From the NCBI RefSeq assembly GCF_009834535.1, contig NC_045707.1, positions 57,228,001 to 57,292,000 on the forward strand: DNA of 64,000 nt, given 5' to 3'. The translations under genes and the position numbers were made by a program. The notes under the pieces are model-generated. The model was not told where the DNA came from. It searched no databases and saw only the letters and a list, made by a program, of their open reading frames with translations. This stretch comes from Camelus ferus (taxonomy: Eukaryota). Below are positions 25,555 through 39,900 of this stretch, one piece after another. The stretch's first letter is position 1. Each line of letters opens with the position of its first letter.

Positions 25555-26080
25555 ATATGCCAGACATATATGAATACAGAGGCCAGGAAGACAGACACTT
25601 TTTGTCAGATCTCATGAGATTTACCTTCTGATTGTCAGATATAGAAAATAATAACCTAACACATTATAACACAACAAATAATATTTCAGATAAGGATATG
25701 GGCTATGATAAAAAATAAAACAAAGTAAAGGGCAAGTGAGTGAATTCCTTCAGGAGGTGGTATTTAAACCAAGGCCTGAATTATAGGAGGGTGTTACCAA
25801 TGTGAATATTTGTGGAAGAGAACTTTAGATAGAGGGACAGAAGGACCATGTGCAAGATCTCTGTGGTTGGAACAAGCTTGGTGTATATGGGAGTTAGAAA
25901 GTTAACAAGTGATACTGGAGCATGTTAAAAGATTGAGAGATGCCGTGTAAGAGATTGGAGGAGCTAGATGATGAAGGATCTTGTAGACTATGGAAAGACA
26001 TTTAGATGTTACTCTAAATGCAGTTTAGAGCTCCTGGATAGATTTCAAAAACAGAAGTGTATCTGATTTATGCTTATAAA
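25555..26080 (-). mobile_element. L2 fragment
   Basis: AGGAGGTGGTATTTAAACCAAGGCCTGAA...ATGTGCAAGATCTCTGTGGTTGGAACAAGCTTGG...TTACTCTAAATG. Confidence 0.65.
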
Positions 26081-28084
26081 ATTTGGGGGATTTGAGCCTC
26101 CTGTTCTGGTCCTTACCATAACCATCAGTTCCTGAATCTGACATATGTAACAAAAGGCTTTCAAAGAGGTGATTGGGGGTTTGCTAAGGGCACACTGTCT
26201 CTTTTATCTACAATGTTTACATTTCATGGAACTTCAGTAGTGAGTTCCACCTTGACTCAAGTTCAGGAAGCCCTTTCTCCTAGACATTATATTCAGTATT
26301 ACCCGTTTTATAGGCAGGCAGTTAATTCATCAGTCACTCTCGGCCTTTGCTAATTCCCTGGTCAGGTCCATACTAGAGAGCTATAAGGAAATTTCACCCT
26401 CTCTCCTTGAAAATACGAACAAAACTCCAAAACTTCAACATCTTAAACACTTTTCTGGGCTTCATAAGGTTCAAGAAAAGTTAAGTGGATTATGTTCCCC
26501 CCCAAAACAATACAATTTTAACACTGCCAAATAATGCCAAATACCCCTTATTCATTTATTGTCGTAATTGATAACCATCTTCCAAATTGGAGTACACTGA
26601 ATGGCTCTTCCAGATTCAGGACATCTAGTCAGCTTAAGAAAGTTCTTAACCTACTAACCTTAGATAAAAGATCAGTCATTTTTAAGTGATATTCCTCACT
26701 CCTTTCCTCAAAAAATGTCCTCTGAGATATTATCAAGACCATGCTTTTCCCATGTAAGTTCTCTGTGATGGGTAAACATGAAAAATACACAAGAATTACC
26801 TTGTATAAACCAGTACAGTGGAGGCAGAACTCAGTGAAGTCTGCAGTCTTTGAGTAACACTGTTTTGAACGACACTTAGACCACAATCAATATTTGAATT
26901 AAAAATTTAGCTTAAAAAAACATGCAATTTCCTTAAACATGGATATTTATTCTTCTTGGATTAGATGAGCAATAACAGAAAAATGCCTAACTTTTCCCTG
27001 TATACATCTTTGTTTCTTACCACATGTACGGTGCTCATCGATTTTGACAATGCTGCATGTAACAGCGCTCTGTAAGTCTGTAGAAAGACAAGAAATTTGA
27101 ATCTCAACATTGTAAATGCATTTGTGGTAATTAAAAAGACCAAATAGTTATATTAGTTGTAATTAAGTTATGTAACAAAATTCTTAAATGTTTATGAAAG
27201 CCAAAATAATTAGTAGAGCAAAGCAAAGACTTTACTCACTTTTAACCTAGTTTTACAATAAGTAAAACTAAATTAAATCTATCCTAAGGATTTAGTTATG
27301 TTATGTATAACTGAATGGTAATCAGATTTTTTGTGATTGTTATGGTAACACCAAAGTTGAGTTGTTTCTTCACAAATATCATCACAAATATCATTGGAAA
27401 ATAACATTCAAGTGACTTTTTGTAATGTATATTTAAATTAATTCAAAATAAAGAATCCTGTGACTGTTTAACTGAACTGCTACAATTTTACTTTTGGTAA
27501 TTTGATCAAGATTTTATGCAAGATCTCCATGTAAGAGACTTGGGATTTGTAGGCATTATTCTTCATCTCTCAAAAATACATTTAATCAGCTTAGGTTAGA
27601 AAAATAAAGTCAGTAAGCATTCCAAGGAAATAACACAACCCACTTCAGATTTCTCTTTGGAGATGAGACGTAGGTTAAAAATCATTTAAGAATAACAATA
27701 CCATTGTCATGCATTTAAAACAGATTTAATTAAAAACAAAAGAGCATAACTATTTGAACTCTAAGCTTATGTGTAACCTCCCCCCATATTAAAAAGAAGA
27801 ATGAAGGGACCTTTTATCCATTCTGTAGAGGCAAATTAACAAAATTCAAGGTCCACACTTTGAAAATACAATTGATCAAAACACATGAGGAAACAATGAT
27901 AATGAGCATGTGTAGCTAACATTTATCGAAAAGAAGAGAGAAATGGAGAAAGAAACTTAATATTTAAAAACTATGATTTTTTTCCACTTCCTACAATAGC
28001 CTTTGATATAGGCCAAACAATTTGTAAATTCCAGGCCCACAAAAACAAAGGAGTAAATATAATAGGGAAAACTGGGAAGAAATT

Positions 28085-28305
28085 GTTATAGTAGGGAGTT
28101 TAGGAGTTCAGGCTCCTGAGTCAGATAGTCCTTGATTTTAGTCTTTGCTCTGTCTCTTATTAGCTGTGTAATTTGAGGCTAGTCTCTTATTCTGAAACTC
28201 AGTTTCCTCCTGTGTAAAATGGGAATAACACTGGGGAGTTGAAGTGAGACAATGTGTATAAAGCACTTAGTACAGTGTTTAATTTACAGTAGGTACTAAA
28301 CATGG
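28085..28305 (+). mobile_element. MIR SINE
   Basis: CTTATTAGCTGTGTAATTTGAGG...CTCAGTTTCCTCCTGTGTAAAATGGGAATAA...AAAGCACTTAGTACAGTG. Confidence 0.8.
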
Positions 28306-28599
28306 TTGTTTCCATTTATTCATTCAACGTGTATTTATTAGGCATCATGGATAAGCCAGACATTCTGCTGGCTAACTGGAATATAGGCAAGAACAAGATT
28401 CTTGATGTCATGGAACTTACAGTTTAGTAAGAAGGAATGTGGAGAATGTGCAGTCCAAAAGATACAGCAGTGATGGCAGTAGTGATAATAGAAGCATGAC
28501 TATACACTGAGAAAGTGTGTACATCTCAGAGGCCTTTATGCCAAATTATGACCCAAGAAATGGACCATGTAGGTCAGAGACAGAAGAGAAATTGGGAAC

Positions 28600-29055
28600 A
28601 TACTTTGATTTGCCTGTGGCATTCCAAATAAACCCCAAATTCCTGGATCTAAATTACAAGGCCCTCCATGATCTATCCTCTCTTTATTTCCCCTTCCTCG
28701 TCTCTTACCACATTCCCAAGTTGCTCCCTGGAGTTTCAGTTTCTTTATGTCTGGTTCTCACCCTCCTCTGCTAATACACATCGCTTCATTTTGCTGGACT
28801 GGCCTTTTCTTTTTCACTTGGATAATTCCCTCTCAGCCTTCAGATCTCTCCTTGTACATTGCTTCTTCTTGAAAGCCTTTTCAAAGTACAGTAAGAGCCT
28901 CTGCTTATGTTCTTCAACTTTATAGCACTTACCACACTTTACTTTCTACACAGAGAAACTCTAGCTTGTGAAGGTAAGGATCTGGCTTACCTTCATATCC
29001 ATGATATCTAGCATAGTACTGTTTTCTAGTAGGCACTTAATAAGTGTTTGTTGGA
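28600..29055 (+). mobile_element. L2 fragment
   Basis: AAGGCCCTCCATGATCT...TATAGCACTTACCACAC...AGTAGGCACTTAATAAGTGTTTGTTG. Confidence 0.7.
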
Positions 29056-30529
29056 GACTGTATCTTTTTTGCCAGTTGACCTAAAGAGTGATGGGTGAAT
29101 AAGGCAAAAACACACACACACAGAACAAAAGTCAAAACTCCAGCCAACTGTCAAGAGCACCGATTAAAGAAAGAAGGAAGAGCAAGACACTGGTTGGTGC
29201 TTTGCCCATAGTGCTTACAAATTGTTTATGGCTCATTATTATCTTATCTAAGTCTCATAAAATCTTGCTCAATTGATATAATTATCCCTGTTTTGTAGGC
29301 AAGGAATTTAAGCCTCAGAAATATTAATGTCTTGCTGAAGACTAAACAGATAGTATGTAGAAGAGCTTGGATTAGAATCAAATTAGAAATTGTAAGATTT
29401 TGAATTGGAGAGTAAAGTGCAAGTACGAAAATATTTTAAAGGATTATAGAAAAAGATAAGTTACTGGGTAGACTCACTTGCACTGATATTTACAGTGAGA
29501 TAAACATGGTCACCTTTGATGTCAGTGTAAGATGTTCCAAAGATGTCCATGTTTTATGGACATGATATAATAATTATACTCTTTAATGCTTGAATATATG
29601 TGTGTAAAATTGTGGCCTGTTATTTAAATCTTGGGTAAAGCATACATTTTTCTGCCTGGGTCATGTGGTTGTGATTTATTTCACTATGGGAAAGCTGAGA
29701 GCTAGAAATTCAGCTCCAGATATCCTGCATCTCCTAATAAATAAATAGCATTTTTGACCAGCAGCATTTGCCCAGTTTTTCTCAGAGCAAACATATCATT
29801 AACAGTGGAAATTTTTAAAAATCGAAATCTCAATATCTTTAATGCACATCAGTTAAAATAAATTGTAAGTGACAACCCCCAAGCTTGAGTAATTAGAGTA
29901 TTGAGAGAATAAGAAACTTAAGAAAATAAGTTCTCAATATGAGTATTTTGAAAATACAAAGAAATGGGCTAGGATTTAATACCTAGTAAATGATAGAAGT
30001 TTGAAGAACATTTACAACTCAAATACCTACAAAGACACTAAGATACAACATTAGCAAGGTTTGGGTGATGTCCCTTTCCTGTTAGATCTTGTCATAAGAT
30101 TTATATCTTATCAGCCATATATGTAGCAATTTATTTGCAAGAAGATCTCCTATGAGATTTTAGTTTTATGATATTTTTATTATTAAACTTGACATTTTGA
30201 TGCTTGTTTACTTGACTGTTATACAGAAAATTGTACTTAATCTTTGTGGATTTTTTAAGGAAGCTAGATTTTAAATTATTCATATTTAACATGCTGGAAT
30301 AACTCAATTGATCTTGTTATAACTGATGCAATTTCTTTACCATAGAAATAAGTCAATATGTATACAAGATTGTTCAGTTTCGTGGAGTTAGAGATCAATG
30401 AATTAACATCATTTATAATTAAATGAAAATAGTGTATGAAGGTAACAGAAACATTTATTAAAAAAATGTCATTACCATATCAGCAAGAATCTATGACTTT
30501 AAACCAAGTCTCCTGAATTCCTATAGAGG

Positions 30530-30968
30530 ATTGGGAGAGCCCAGCCAGTTGGGACCAATCCCTATGTTCTCTTCTTTTTTGGTGTACTGCTAGACTGCAT
30601 TTCTAGGCTCCCATGAGGTGGGGCCAAGTGTCCAAGTTCTGGCCAGTTAATGTGGTCTTTTTTTTTTTTTTTTTTTAAATGTGGTCTTGAATGAATGAGC
30701 TGGGCCCCAAACCCTTGGATGAGATCTCCAGGTACTTTTTCCCACCCCTCTGCCATCTGGCTGCAGGAAATCCTGTGGAAGACTCCAAGACCTTAGGAAA
30801 TGGTGGAGCTACCTGACAGGAGTCTATGTCTCTGATAAACTATAAAGAACAGAGTCTGCCACTTCCTAGGTTAGATGCGAGGTGAGTAAAAAATAAACCT
30901 CTATTGTGTTAAGCAACTGAGATTTAGAGATAGTTTGTTATAATAGATAGTCTAACCTGAATAATACA
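30530..30968 (+). mobile_element. MLT1 LTR with internal poly(T)
   Basis: AGTTCTGGCCAGTTAATGTG...AATAAACCTCTATTGTGTTAAGCAACTGAGATTT...AATACA terminus. Confidence 0.75.
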
Positions 30969-31759
30969 GAGGGCATGAGGAAAACCCCAAACTTGTCTCA
31001 TGCTTTCCTCTGAACATCCTCAACCTTGCTGCATATTATTATTAACCGTGTGCAAATTGGTCTAATAAAGGTGGCTTTGATCTAGATACTGCTGTAAAAT
31101 CTGTTCATCAATTGTTTTCAGCATTTCTACAACCAGAAATGTGGGTCTAAATTAAAAGTATACAATACTTACCAAAGAGCTGAAGTATTCTCCCTTTGTC
31201 CCACAAAACACTGAAATGCTTTTGTTAATGATTATTGATGTTTTCTTCTCCTACAAAGTCCATATTTTCTGCTAAGATTCTTCTATTAGGTAATTTTCTA
31301 TCAGTAGAAAAAGAACAATTTAGAATTCTAGGGAGTCTGATTTATGTTTTAATGATTTAATGAAAATCGATTATTGGCAGTTAAAACCCATTTTATCAAA
31401 TCAATCATGAAGTGCTTATTTCAATTTGCGTTAATCCTCATCTTATTTCAACTTATAAAATGAATATATTTCCTCTTTAAAAGACAAAAATTCTATGCTA
31501 GCTACCAGACTGATTAATTTTTTAGCAATATAACGTTTCTCATTCTTTAAATGCACTAAAAAAGTTTGATTGTGGTGGCTAACAAAAGTAGTACAATTAT
31601 TTCTGAAGTAGTGTACATTATTTTTAATTATACCCAGAACCCAAACATCAGAATAATGAATCTACGTTATTCTGAAATAGCATTGTTGGTTTACTGATGT
31701 TATGAGTGACTGAAATATTTATCTTAATTAATCCAACCTAAGAGGAAGTGAGCATTTTA

Positions 31760-31905
31760 TATTGCATTTTATTTGTCATTTTATAGATGAAACAATTGAG
31801 ATTCAGAGAAGAAAGGTAACTTCCCCAAGGATCCACAGCTAGTAAGTGGGGGAGTTGCAATTTGACCCAGATGAGACTGGCTTTTATGGCCCGAGCTCTT
31901 AATGA
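31760..31905 (-). mobile_element. MIR SINE
   Basis: CATTTTATAGATGAAACAATTGAGATTCAGAGAAG...AACTTCCCCAAGGATCCACAGCTAGTAAGTGG. Confidence 0.75.
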
Positions 31906-33774
31906 CTTAAGTCCATTAACCAGAATATCTCAGACTTGAGACCATGCAGACTGTTGAGAATATATCTGTGAATCCCTAAGCATCTATGGCCTAGATTGAG
32001 AAGTACTACAATTAAATATTAAACATAGTCTTATTATGTTGTATCTTGATCTAATAAAACCATAAACACAAATTTACATAGAAAGTACAAAGCAGTTGCA
32101 TGATGATAAAACAATCTATCAGATGATCTAAAACATGTGGTATACACACATGCATGTCTATGTATCTGTTCATCTATTTATTCAGTTACTGAAGAGTCTG
32201 GACTTGGGTGGATACAAATAGAAAGTTTCAGTTTTCTCTAATCACTGCCTTTACAGTACTCTTTGGAGCAATTTTTAAACCTCGGTATGCAAACCACTAC
32301 ACCAAGACTTTAGAAGGAATAATGGAGCAAAGATGTGTTCTTTCTGATGCAGCTAAGAGTGAAGCTGTGGAAGAGGCAGATTCCTCCCTTCCGCCTCCCT
32401 CTCCCCATCTCTTCTATTCTGCTTCACAGAAGAAAGACACATACCTCAAAAATCTCTCCAGACATCAAACAAGGTAACTCCAAAATACTGTGGTAAGAAA
32501 ACAAACCAGTGTCAATGGATAACCAAGGAAATATAAACTACCTTAGGATTTGTATCTTTTTCTATCTTACAGATATTTCTGTTAAAAGTGAAAAACTGGC
32601 ATTTAAAATGGACTGGTATTGATAATTGTTATTTAAAGATCTCACCTTTTCCACCTTTTCACACTGTCAAAGAATGCGTCACTTTTGAAGGAGTTCCTTA
32701 AGAGCAAAGCAAATAACATACAGGTAAGAAATACTAAAAATTGAGAACATCTTCTTTCATGTATTTAAATATAAGCAGTTCTTTTGAGGTATTTTCAAGC
32801 CTCCTCTTTGGGACATTAGCTAAAAAGAAAAACTTTGAAAATTTGAAGCAGTATAGGTTAATGAAGTAGGTCTTTTTAACATAATTGGAATATTTTTTGA
32901 GACCGCCAATACTTTTAAGATACATTGGATAAAACTCATGTGTAAAATTTTTATGCTTTCTTTCAGATTTGGAATGTATTATTCAACAATATAGTTAAAA
33001 TCTATTTTATCAAGTCATATCATGAAATACTTAATTATTTAATCCTCCTCTTCTTTCATCTTATAAAATGACTATATTTTCTAGCTTTTATTAACAAAAA
33101 GTAAAAATACATGCTAGTCAGACTTGTTAGTTTTGGCAGTAGAAGAGTTTCTCTTCTCTATTTTAAGTACAAGAAAAGTTTGATCATAACAGCAAGTAAA
33201 ATTGAGTTCTTTTATGATTTCATACATTACTTAATTTAATTATTCCCACCCAAGCATCAGAGTTTGATACATGTATGTACACACATTTAACAAGGGTAAG
33301 TAAATGATTTATGGTCTGAGCTATGTACTGCATTGCATTATTAAAAATAAGTAATGAGAAATAGCACATTGATCTATAATTTTGTTTTATAAGTTATAAA
33401 ATTGCATTAAATAATCTTCAGAGGACACTATCTTACATGTTCTATACCATATTTCTCAGTGGTTTGGTAATACTTTTCAAAATGAGTATTAGCATGCTTA
33501 TTTGAGTAGAAAAATGAAGTTAGACTTTCCTTGTCAGAAAATATTTTTGATAATAGCTTTTGGTTTAATAACGAGAACTGGCTTTACCAATTAAGTTGCA
33601 TGGTAACTAAATTTAGCTAAATCTGCAGCTCAGAGTTTCTATTGACTGTTTAAAGTGCATGGCAAGATAAAAACATACTATAAAAATATTATATTGGTAA
33701 ATATATTGGTATTGAAATTGGAATGTCTTTTATCTTTCGAACCTTTCTGAGTACATTGAAGAGCAGTTTTTAAT

Positions 33775-33950
33775 TTAGTAGATAAGAGAACAGACCAAGC
33801 AGGATGACCTGAATTCACATCCCGACTTCACCTTTAGGCAAGAGATATTAGGCAAATGACTTAACCCCTCTGTGCTTCAGTTTTCATCTTTAAAGTGGGC
33901 TATCAACAGGACCTATCCATAAGGATTGTGATGAGGATTAAATGGTTAAC
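33775..33950 (+). mobile_element. MIR SINE
   Basis: GGCAAATGACTTAACCCCTCTGTGCTTCAGTTTTCATCTTTAAAGTGGG...GTGATGAGGATTAAATG. Confidence 0.75.
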
Positions 33951-36900
33951 AGGTAAGTTAAAGTGTGTGAAATTTCTGTGTTCAACCACTTTTGAACTAT
34001 AAAGAAGTCAACTTCATATAGTTCATAATACAGTTAGGAATATAATTAGTATTCCTAATAAACTTCCAAGAAATAAAGAGAGTAAATGATTTTGACCACT
34101 AGGTACCAAATCCCTTTGCAAATCAGTGGTTTTCAAATTCTTTGCTTTTGACAAAACTGAGGGAGTACTTAATTAAGCAATGAGTAAATAGGTTATTAAA
34201 AATAATTTTTGGTGATAGATTACTATGTTATTTTTTACTTATGAAAAGAATACAAATAATTGAGTGATATTTATACTAAAAACTACTGTCATTTCTGTCA
34301 GAATATTTATGAAGTCATATGTTTTGATCCGTACAACCGTAAAAATTAAAAATAGAAATAAAACTGACCCTGAATTTGTTGCATTCTAATGCTAAGGAAT
34401 ATAAGATACATTCATCTCTGCATACATTAATTAACACTCTACAATAACTCAATCTCATTAAGGGATTAATTTCTAATGAATTATTATATATTTATAATAA
34501 AATTTTACTTTTAGCTATTGTGTTTTGATAAATTAAAGAACATATTGAAATAACTCAGCCCAGAAAAAATGCATATTAAATCTACAATTATAGGAAATTT
34601 TTAATAAACCACATTGAATTCATATCCACAATCTAATTGTTACCTCTGAATAGACAGGCATAAATCAACAAGTATGCTGCATGAGAAAAAATGCACCTGT
34701 GGAGTAAGATACCAACATTGGCTTCTAATTCTGGTGGTGGCACTTCTTGAGGCCCTCTCTTGGATTTGGTAAGCACTATTTCTTTACTCTTAAGGCAAGG
34801 AAGTGAAAACCCATAGTTTCTTCCCTAGGGTCATGTGCAACTTGAGTAAATTTCGGCTCTCCCTATTTCCTGGGATTCTGCTTAAACAGACTTGGAGTTG
34901 GGATAGCGACTAGGGCAGTGATACGGGATGGGAGAGCTATCTGTTTGTCTTATAACCAGCCATCAGGGAGCTCAAGGCCTCTTCATTATTTTCAGCATTT
35001 TTTAAAATACAGAGAATTGATGTTCCTTTTTTCTCAGTCTTGTGTTTTTAGTTGTTGAACTTAAGGCTTAATAAGAAAACTACTACTCAGCACACATACA
35101 CAGAATGAAGCACAAATTTTAAAAACTGTATAGTGAAATGACTGTAAAATCCACAGAATACATCCTCAGGTCCAGGGGACCGCAGACCCCAACTTCAGGC
35201 TCTGTAAGCAGCATGCTGTCTAGCTTCTCGCTAGGTGCCATCTAAATCCAAGATAGCCTGTGAACTGGAGACTACATCAGTCCCCATAGAGTAAGTCTGT
35301 ACTACTATTCACAAAATAGGTTTTTCTGAGATACATTTAAAAATTAAAATAGTTATGCCTATTTCTAAATTATCTGCCATTTTGTTTAGAAATTCCAGGA
35401 AAAATTCATGATAAAAATTAAGATGATAATGATCAGCATTTTAGGTTAACATTCAGAACAACTTCTAGTACTTTAGTGTCAATCAATTCTTTAACACTTT
35501 ATAAAGAATAAATGTACCAAAGCTAGAAGAAAAGAAAAAAAACATATGATAGAAATATAATTATCCCAATTAAATTATATTCTATAAGGATTTCAACAAA
35601 CTGGATGAAAAAAACTATTGATTTAGTATCCAAATACGTTTTAAGAATAATTATCTAACAACATTGCTTTTTTTGTTTGTTTTTGGCCACCATTCTCTAA
35701 TTAATCAATAACCTAATCAAGTTAACATCATTAGGGTCCAAGAACAGACTCCAGGTATATGAAAACAAATGATTTTTAGAGATACATAGAAGTCCTCTAT
35801 AATGTAGATATAGCAAGGTATCAATATATTCAGCCCAGGAAATATTGGTAAGAATAAAATCACAGAAAATGGTTTGGAAATATATAAATAAACCTAGGGA
35901 GTTCACAAAGGAATGCTCACTAGTCTTGCAGTTTTCAGCTTATGCCACATGATTCTCTCAGGATAATGTTATTTAAAATTGATTCTGGCCTCACGTGTGG
36001 GAAGACAGCAGATTCTAAAGTTAATATTTGACTTTTCCTCTCTACCTAAACCAATAGCTAAATATAAAAACCATTCAAGGCAAGGCATATGTTTGTTAAC
36101 ATAATAGTACTGTCCAAGAGCACAGTATGTTATTTCCACATGTCATTTTCTCATTGATAATAACATCTGATTTATTCAGTGGTTCATCTTTTGTTAACTT
36201 CAGTATCTGTAACAAATCTGAGAACCTGGTAGTAGATTGAGAAAGTTCTGACCCACTGAAATACCTAGGAGTCTAAGATTCATGCATCTTGTCTACTGAG
36301 TAGACCCTTGATTCGATATTATATATAATGAATGCACCTTTTTAACACTTGGGTATCTTCTCTGCCCACATCATATTAGAAGAGCACTGAAAGCTTCATT
36401 TGAAAATTTGTTTATCCGTTGCACAATTTTTTTTTAAATTCCGATGTATTCAGCACTTACTGACAAAATAAATTTTTATATAATAACCAAATCACAGTAA
36501 GGGAGGAGACAGAGAAGCAATGATACTAAAGCCAAGCATAAAACTGATGGTCATGAAAATGACTCTAAATTGTTGAAAGAAGAGCTAAATTATGCTTGAT
36601 ATTTTGTTTTTCATAAACATGCTTCTTAGCATGCAGGTGTGTTTATTTTAGTAAGTTTTATTTTATCTTCATTTTAGTAGGATTGTAACTTGAAATACAT
36701 ATTAAAGGTTATCCCTGATACTTAAACAATTTGCTATCTGAAATTCATTTGTGGAAACAATGTAATTCAAACAGCAGTGAGTGTGTGGCAGTAATAACAG
36801 TTAGGGCCTCATTGTTTCTTTAGAAATTTTTAGAATTTATTCTCATAAAAATAGTCATCTCTAATGGCCAGTCCAGCAATTTAATAGGCTTGAGATTAAT

Positions 36901-39900
36901 TATGATTACATTCTGTCTCAGAAAATGGACATTGTGAAATAAGGTACAGCGAGGTTCCCTGGAGAAACCACAGCGGTGATTTTCAATTGGGTATTTCTGT
37001 TAGATACAGGAATAGCACTGAAAAGCTTTGAAAATTTAATAGTCTCTGTCCTCCTGAGAGGACTAAATCAGTAGATTGAAATGAAATGTTATACTGGATT
37101 TCAAAATGGAATATTTGGAATTATGTACACAAATTAGTGTTAGTGGTCATTCAGAAAAACAATCAAGCATTGCACATGTTAAGCCAGCCATGTAGAATGT
37201 CATGGGTTCATAAGTTCAAGGGCTTCATAAAATACTGCTGTGGACAAGTAAACATTTAAATAAAAAATTGAAAATATATCCCTCAGGTCTACAGCGTCAT
37301 GTATTTTTCAGTCTGAGTTACATATGCATTATCACATTTTGTAATCATATAAAATGTACAGATTCCCAAAATAAACACAGTCACCTCCAATCGAGTTATT
37401 AACAGCCCAGTGAAATTCATTTGTCTAAAAACCAAAATTGGCAGTCTCCTATCTGATCTTCTGTAGCTGTTCTTTCTTCCCTGTACAAAATATCTATTGT
37501 TTTAAGCTAACACCATACATCAGTGCTAGTCATTACCAAAAACAGATAGGCATGACCATCCATGTATTTTGAAATGTAAAGCTGACAGTTGTTTCTGAGC
37601 AAATGTTTTATATTTTACTTGCCACCTACTAATGTCTAGGTTTTTCCCAGAAATGGCAGTTTTGAATTAATAATCCTACATTGTTATTATGTTTCTATAA
37701 AGCATTCTGTTAACTGTTCTTAACACTCCATTATATGTAATTAGAGTTATAAGTGCAAACGAAATAAAAATAAAAACTCTACCCGAGGTTTGATTCATCC
37801 ATTTGTAAAACAATTGAATAAAATGAAAACCTGCCATCTGTTCTGTTTATTCCAAATCCATGTGTTTGTAACATGACCCTTTGTAGCCTTTTGATAGCTA
37901 TATTTTCCAGAAGAAATATATTAAGTTAATTTTTTATTATACTTCTCAAAATATTTTAGATTCTCAGCAATTTTATGAATTTATGATTCTTGATCTATGC
38001 TAATTTTTCTTTCTAGTCCTCATTTTATAGGGGTGCTATTTAAGTAATAAAAACAGCTTTTAGCTTATTTTCTTGAAAGCTGAAAAATTAAAGAAGAATC
38101 TGTTTTTTTCAGGGCACTATCACAGAAATCTCAAAAGAATGAGTTTTTAAATCTATGACATTTGGGGAAAATAGAGCTTTCTTGGTAGTAATATTGTATA
38201 AAATCACCAGATGGTATCTCCTAGTCCCTGTATAAGATTTTTGTTCTCTTGGTAGACAAAACATTTAAAAGAACACACAAAAAAATTATGCTCTACCAAA
38301 AAGGAAGCATTTCCAAGTACTAACTGCTTATTTTTGTATTACACTTTTCTCATTGATTAGTCTCTTGCTTCTATTTTTCCTGGTATTAAAAAAACAAATA
38401 TTTATTGCCTATGTAAACTGTACAAGGTTTACAGACAATGAAAGTTCTAGAAGCAGCCGCTAAAATTGTCTTTTTTGAATCTCTCACCAAGAACATAAAG
38501 TCCAGGGTGAATGTCAAGTGTCTTACTAAAATCTCATAATATGATAATGGTACTTCTGATTCAAAGCTGAGCTTTGCTACCAGAGGCAGAGCCCAAAAGG
38601 CAAAATTAAATGTGCAATGTCTAAACTGAGCTCACTGATCATTCTTCTTTTCCTCTGAGAACCTCAAGCTGTGGTTTACAAACAGTTTTCTTGTGGGATA
38701 TGCTGTGAAATAGCAAAAGGAATTTAACTTACCAGTTACCTTGGGTCTTTGTTTACTTTCCTAAATGGAGAAACAGCAGGATAAAAAGAAAGAATTCTGG
38801 AAAAGTCTACCATCTAGAACTCTTTCCAAAGCCCTCTTCTGAAGAAAAATATTATTTTGGCAAAGACATTGTAGAAACAGCTGATTAAACAAAGATAAAT
38901 GTTTTTGTTTATCTGCTTGTTTGAGATGGCTCAGGATTTCCCCTAATGAGGTCGGTGAATCTCTGAAAAGGAAATATAGATAGAAGTAGTATAAACATTT
39001 AGTTCACCCCAGCATACATATTTTGTTGAGTTCTTATGAAGATTTCTATTCAAAGAAATTATCCTTTGGGAAAAGATGACCAGGTGAAAGGTGATGTGAA
39101 CCATCCGTTTTAAGGAGTCAATTATAAAAATTTCAATAATATCATTAATGGCATAATTATTTTTTTTGAAGTGTGATATTAATGAATGAGCAGATTTGGA
39201 ATATTTTTCCATTCCAATTTCTATTGGAATAAAGGTTTCCCTTGCTATCTGAAAGTAGAGTGTTCCTGTGAAAAGTTTGGTAAGCCGAAATGGAGTCAAG
39301 TGAAGAAGCAATTACCTTAGGACACATCTTGCTAATGACACAGAGAATAAGCTGAGATAAAGCGCAGGTGCTCACAGGCACAATTCAAAGTTATGGCCAC
39401 CTGATGCTGAGATGCTGGGATGCTGAATGTATTTCCTGGGGAAAGAGCTTGGAGGTGCCACTCTCACTGCAGGAGGTAGTATTCCCTGCAAAACAAAAGT
39501 TGAACACTATTGTTGCTTTCTACCTTTTTTCCTAAAAGGAAAAATTCTCTTAAGATTTCCTTCAGTTAGTGAAAATAGCTACTAATGTATGTCTTTCATA
39601 AAAGGGAAGTGCCATAAAGTGAACTTTCAAAAAGCGGGGGACACTGTATCTTCCATCTTAGATGTGATGCATGCCATCAGGTACGTCTTGAAGAGAAACT
39701 CCTATACATTTGAAAATATCTGAGTCAGTGGCTGAGTTTTTCACTTTTTATGTGAGATGTGTTGATGTAAATGGTGACATGGCACAACTGTTCAAACAGA
39801 TTTTTAAAAATTTCTTTCTGAATCATACAGAATCTTGAAGTATGAAGACATCAATGGGGCTGTCTCAACAAATTTATCTCCCTCATTTTAAGGAAATTTA

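Noticed and set aside
38943..39381. 122-aa and 74-aa minus-strand ORFs
   Set aside because: No recognisable homology or flanking splice structure; the region reads more like non-coding regulatory DNA.
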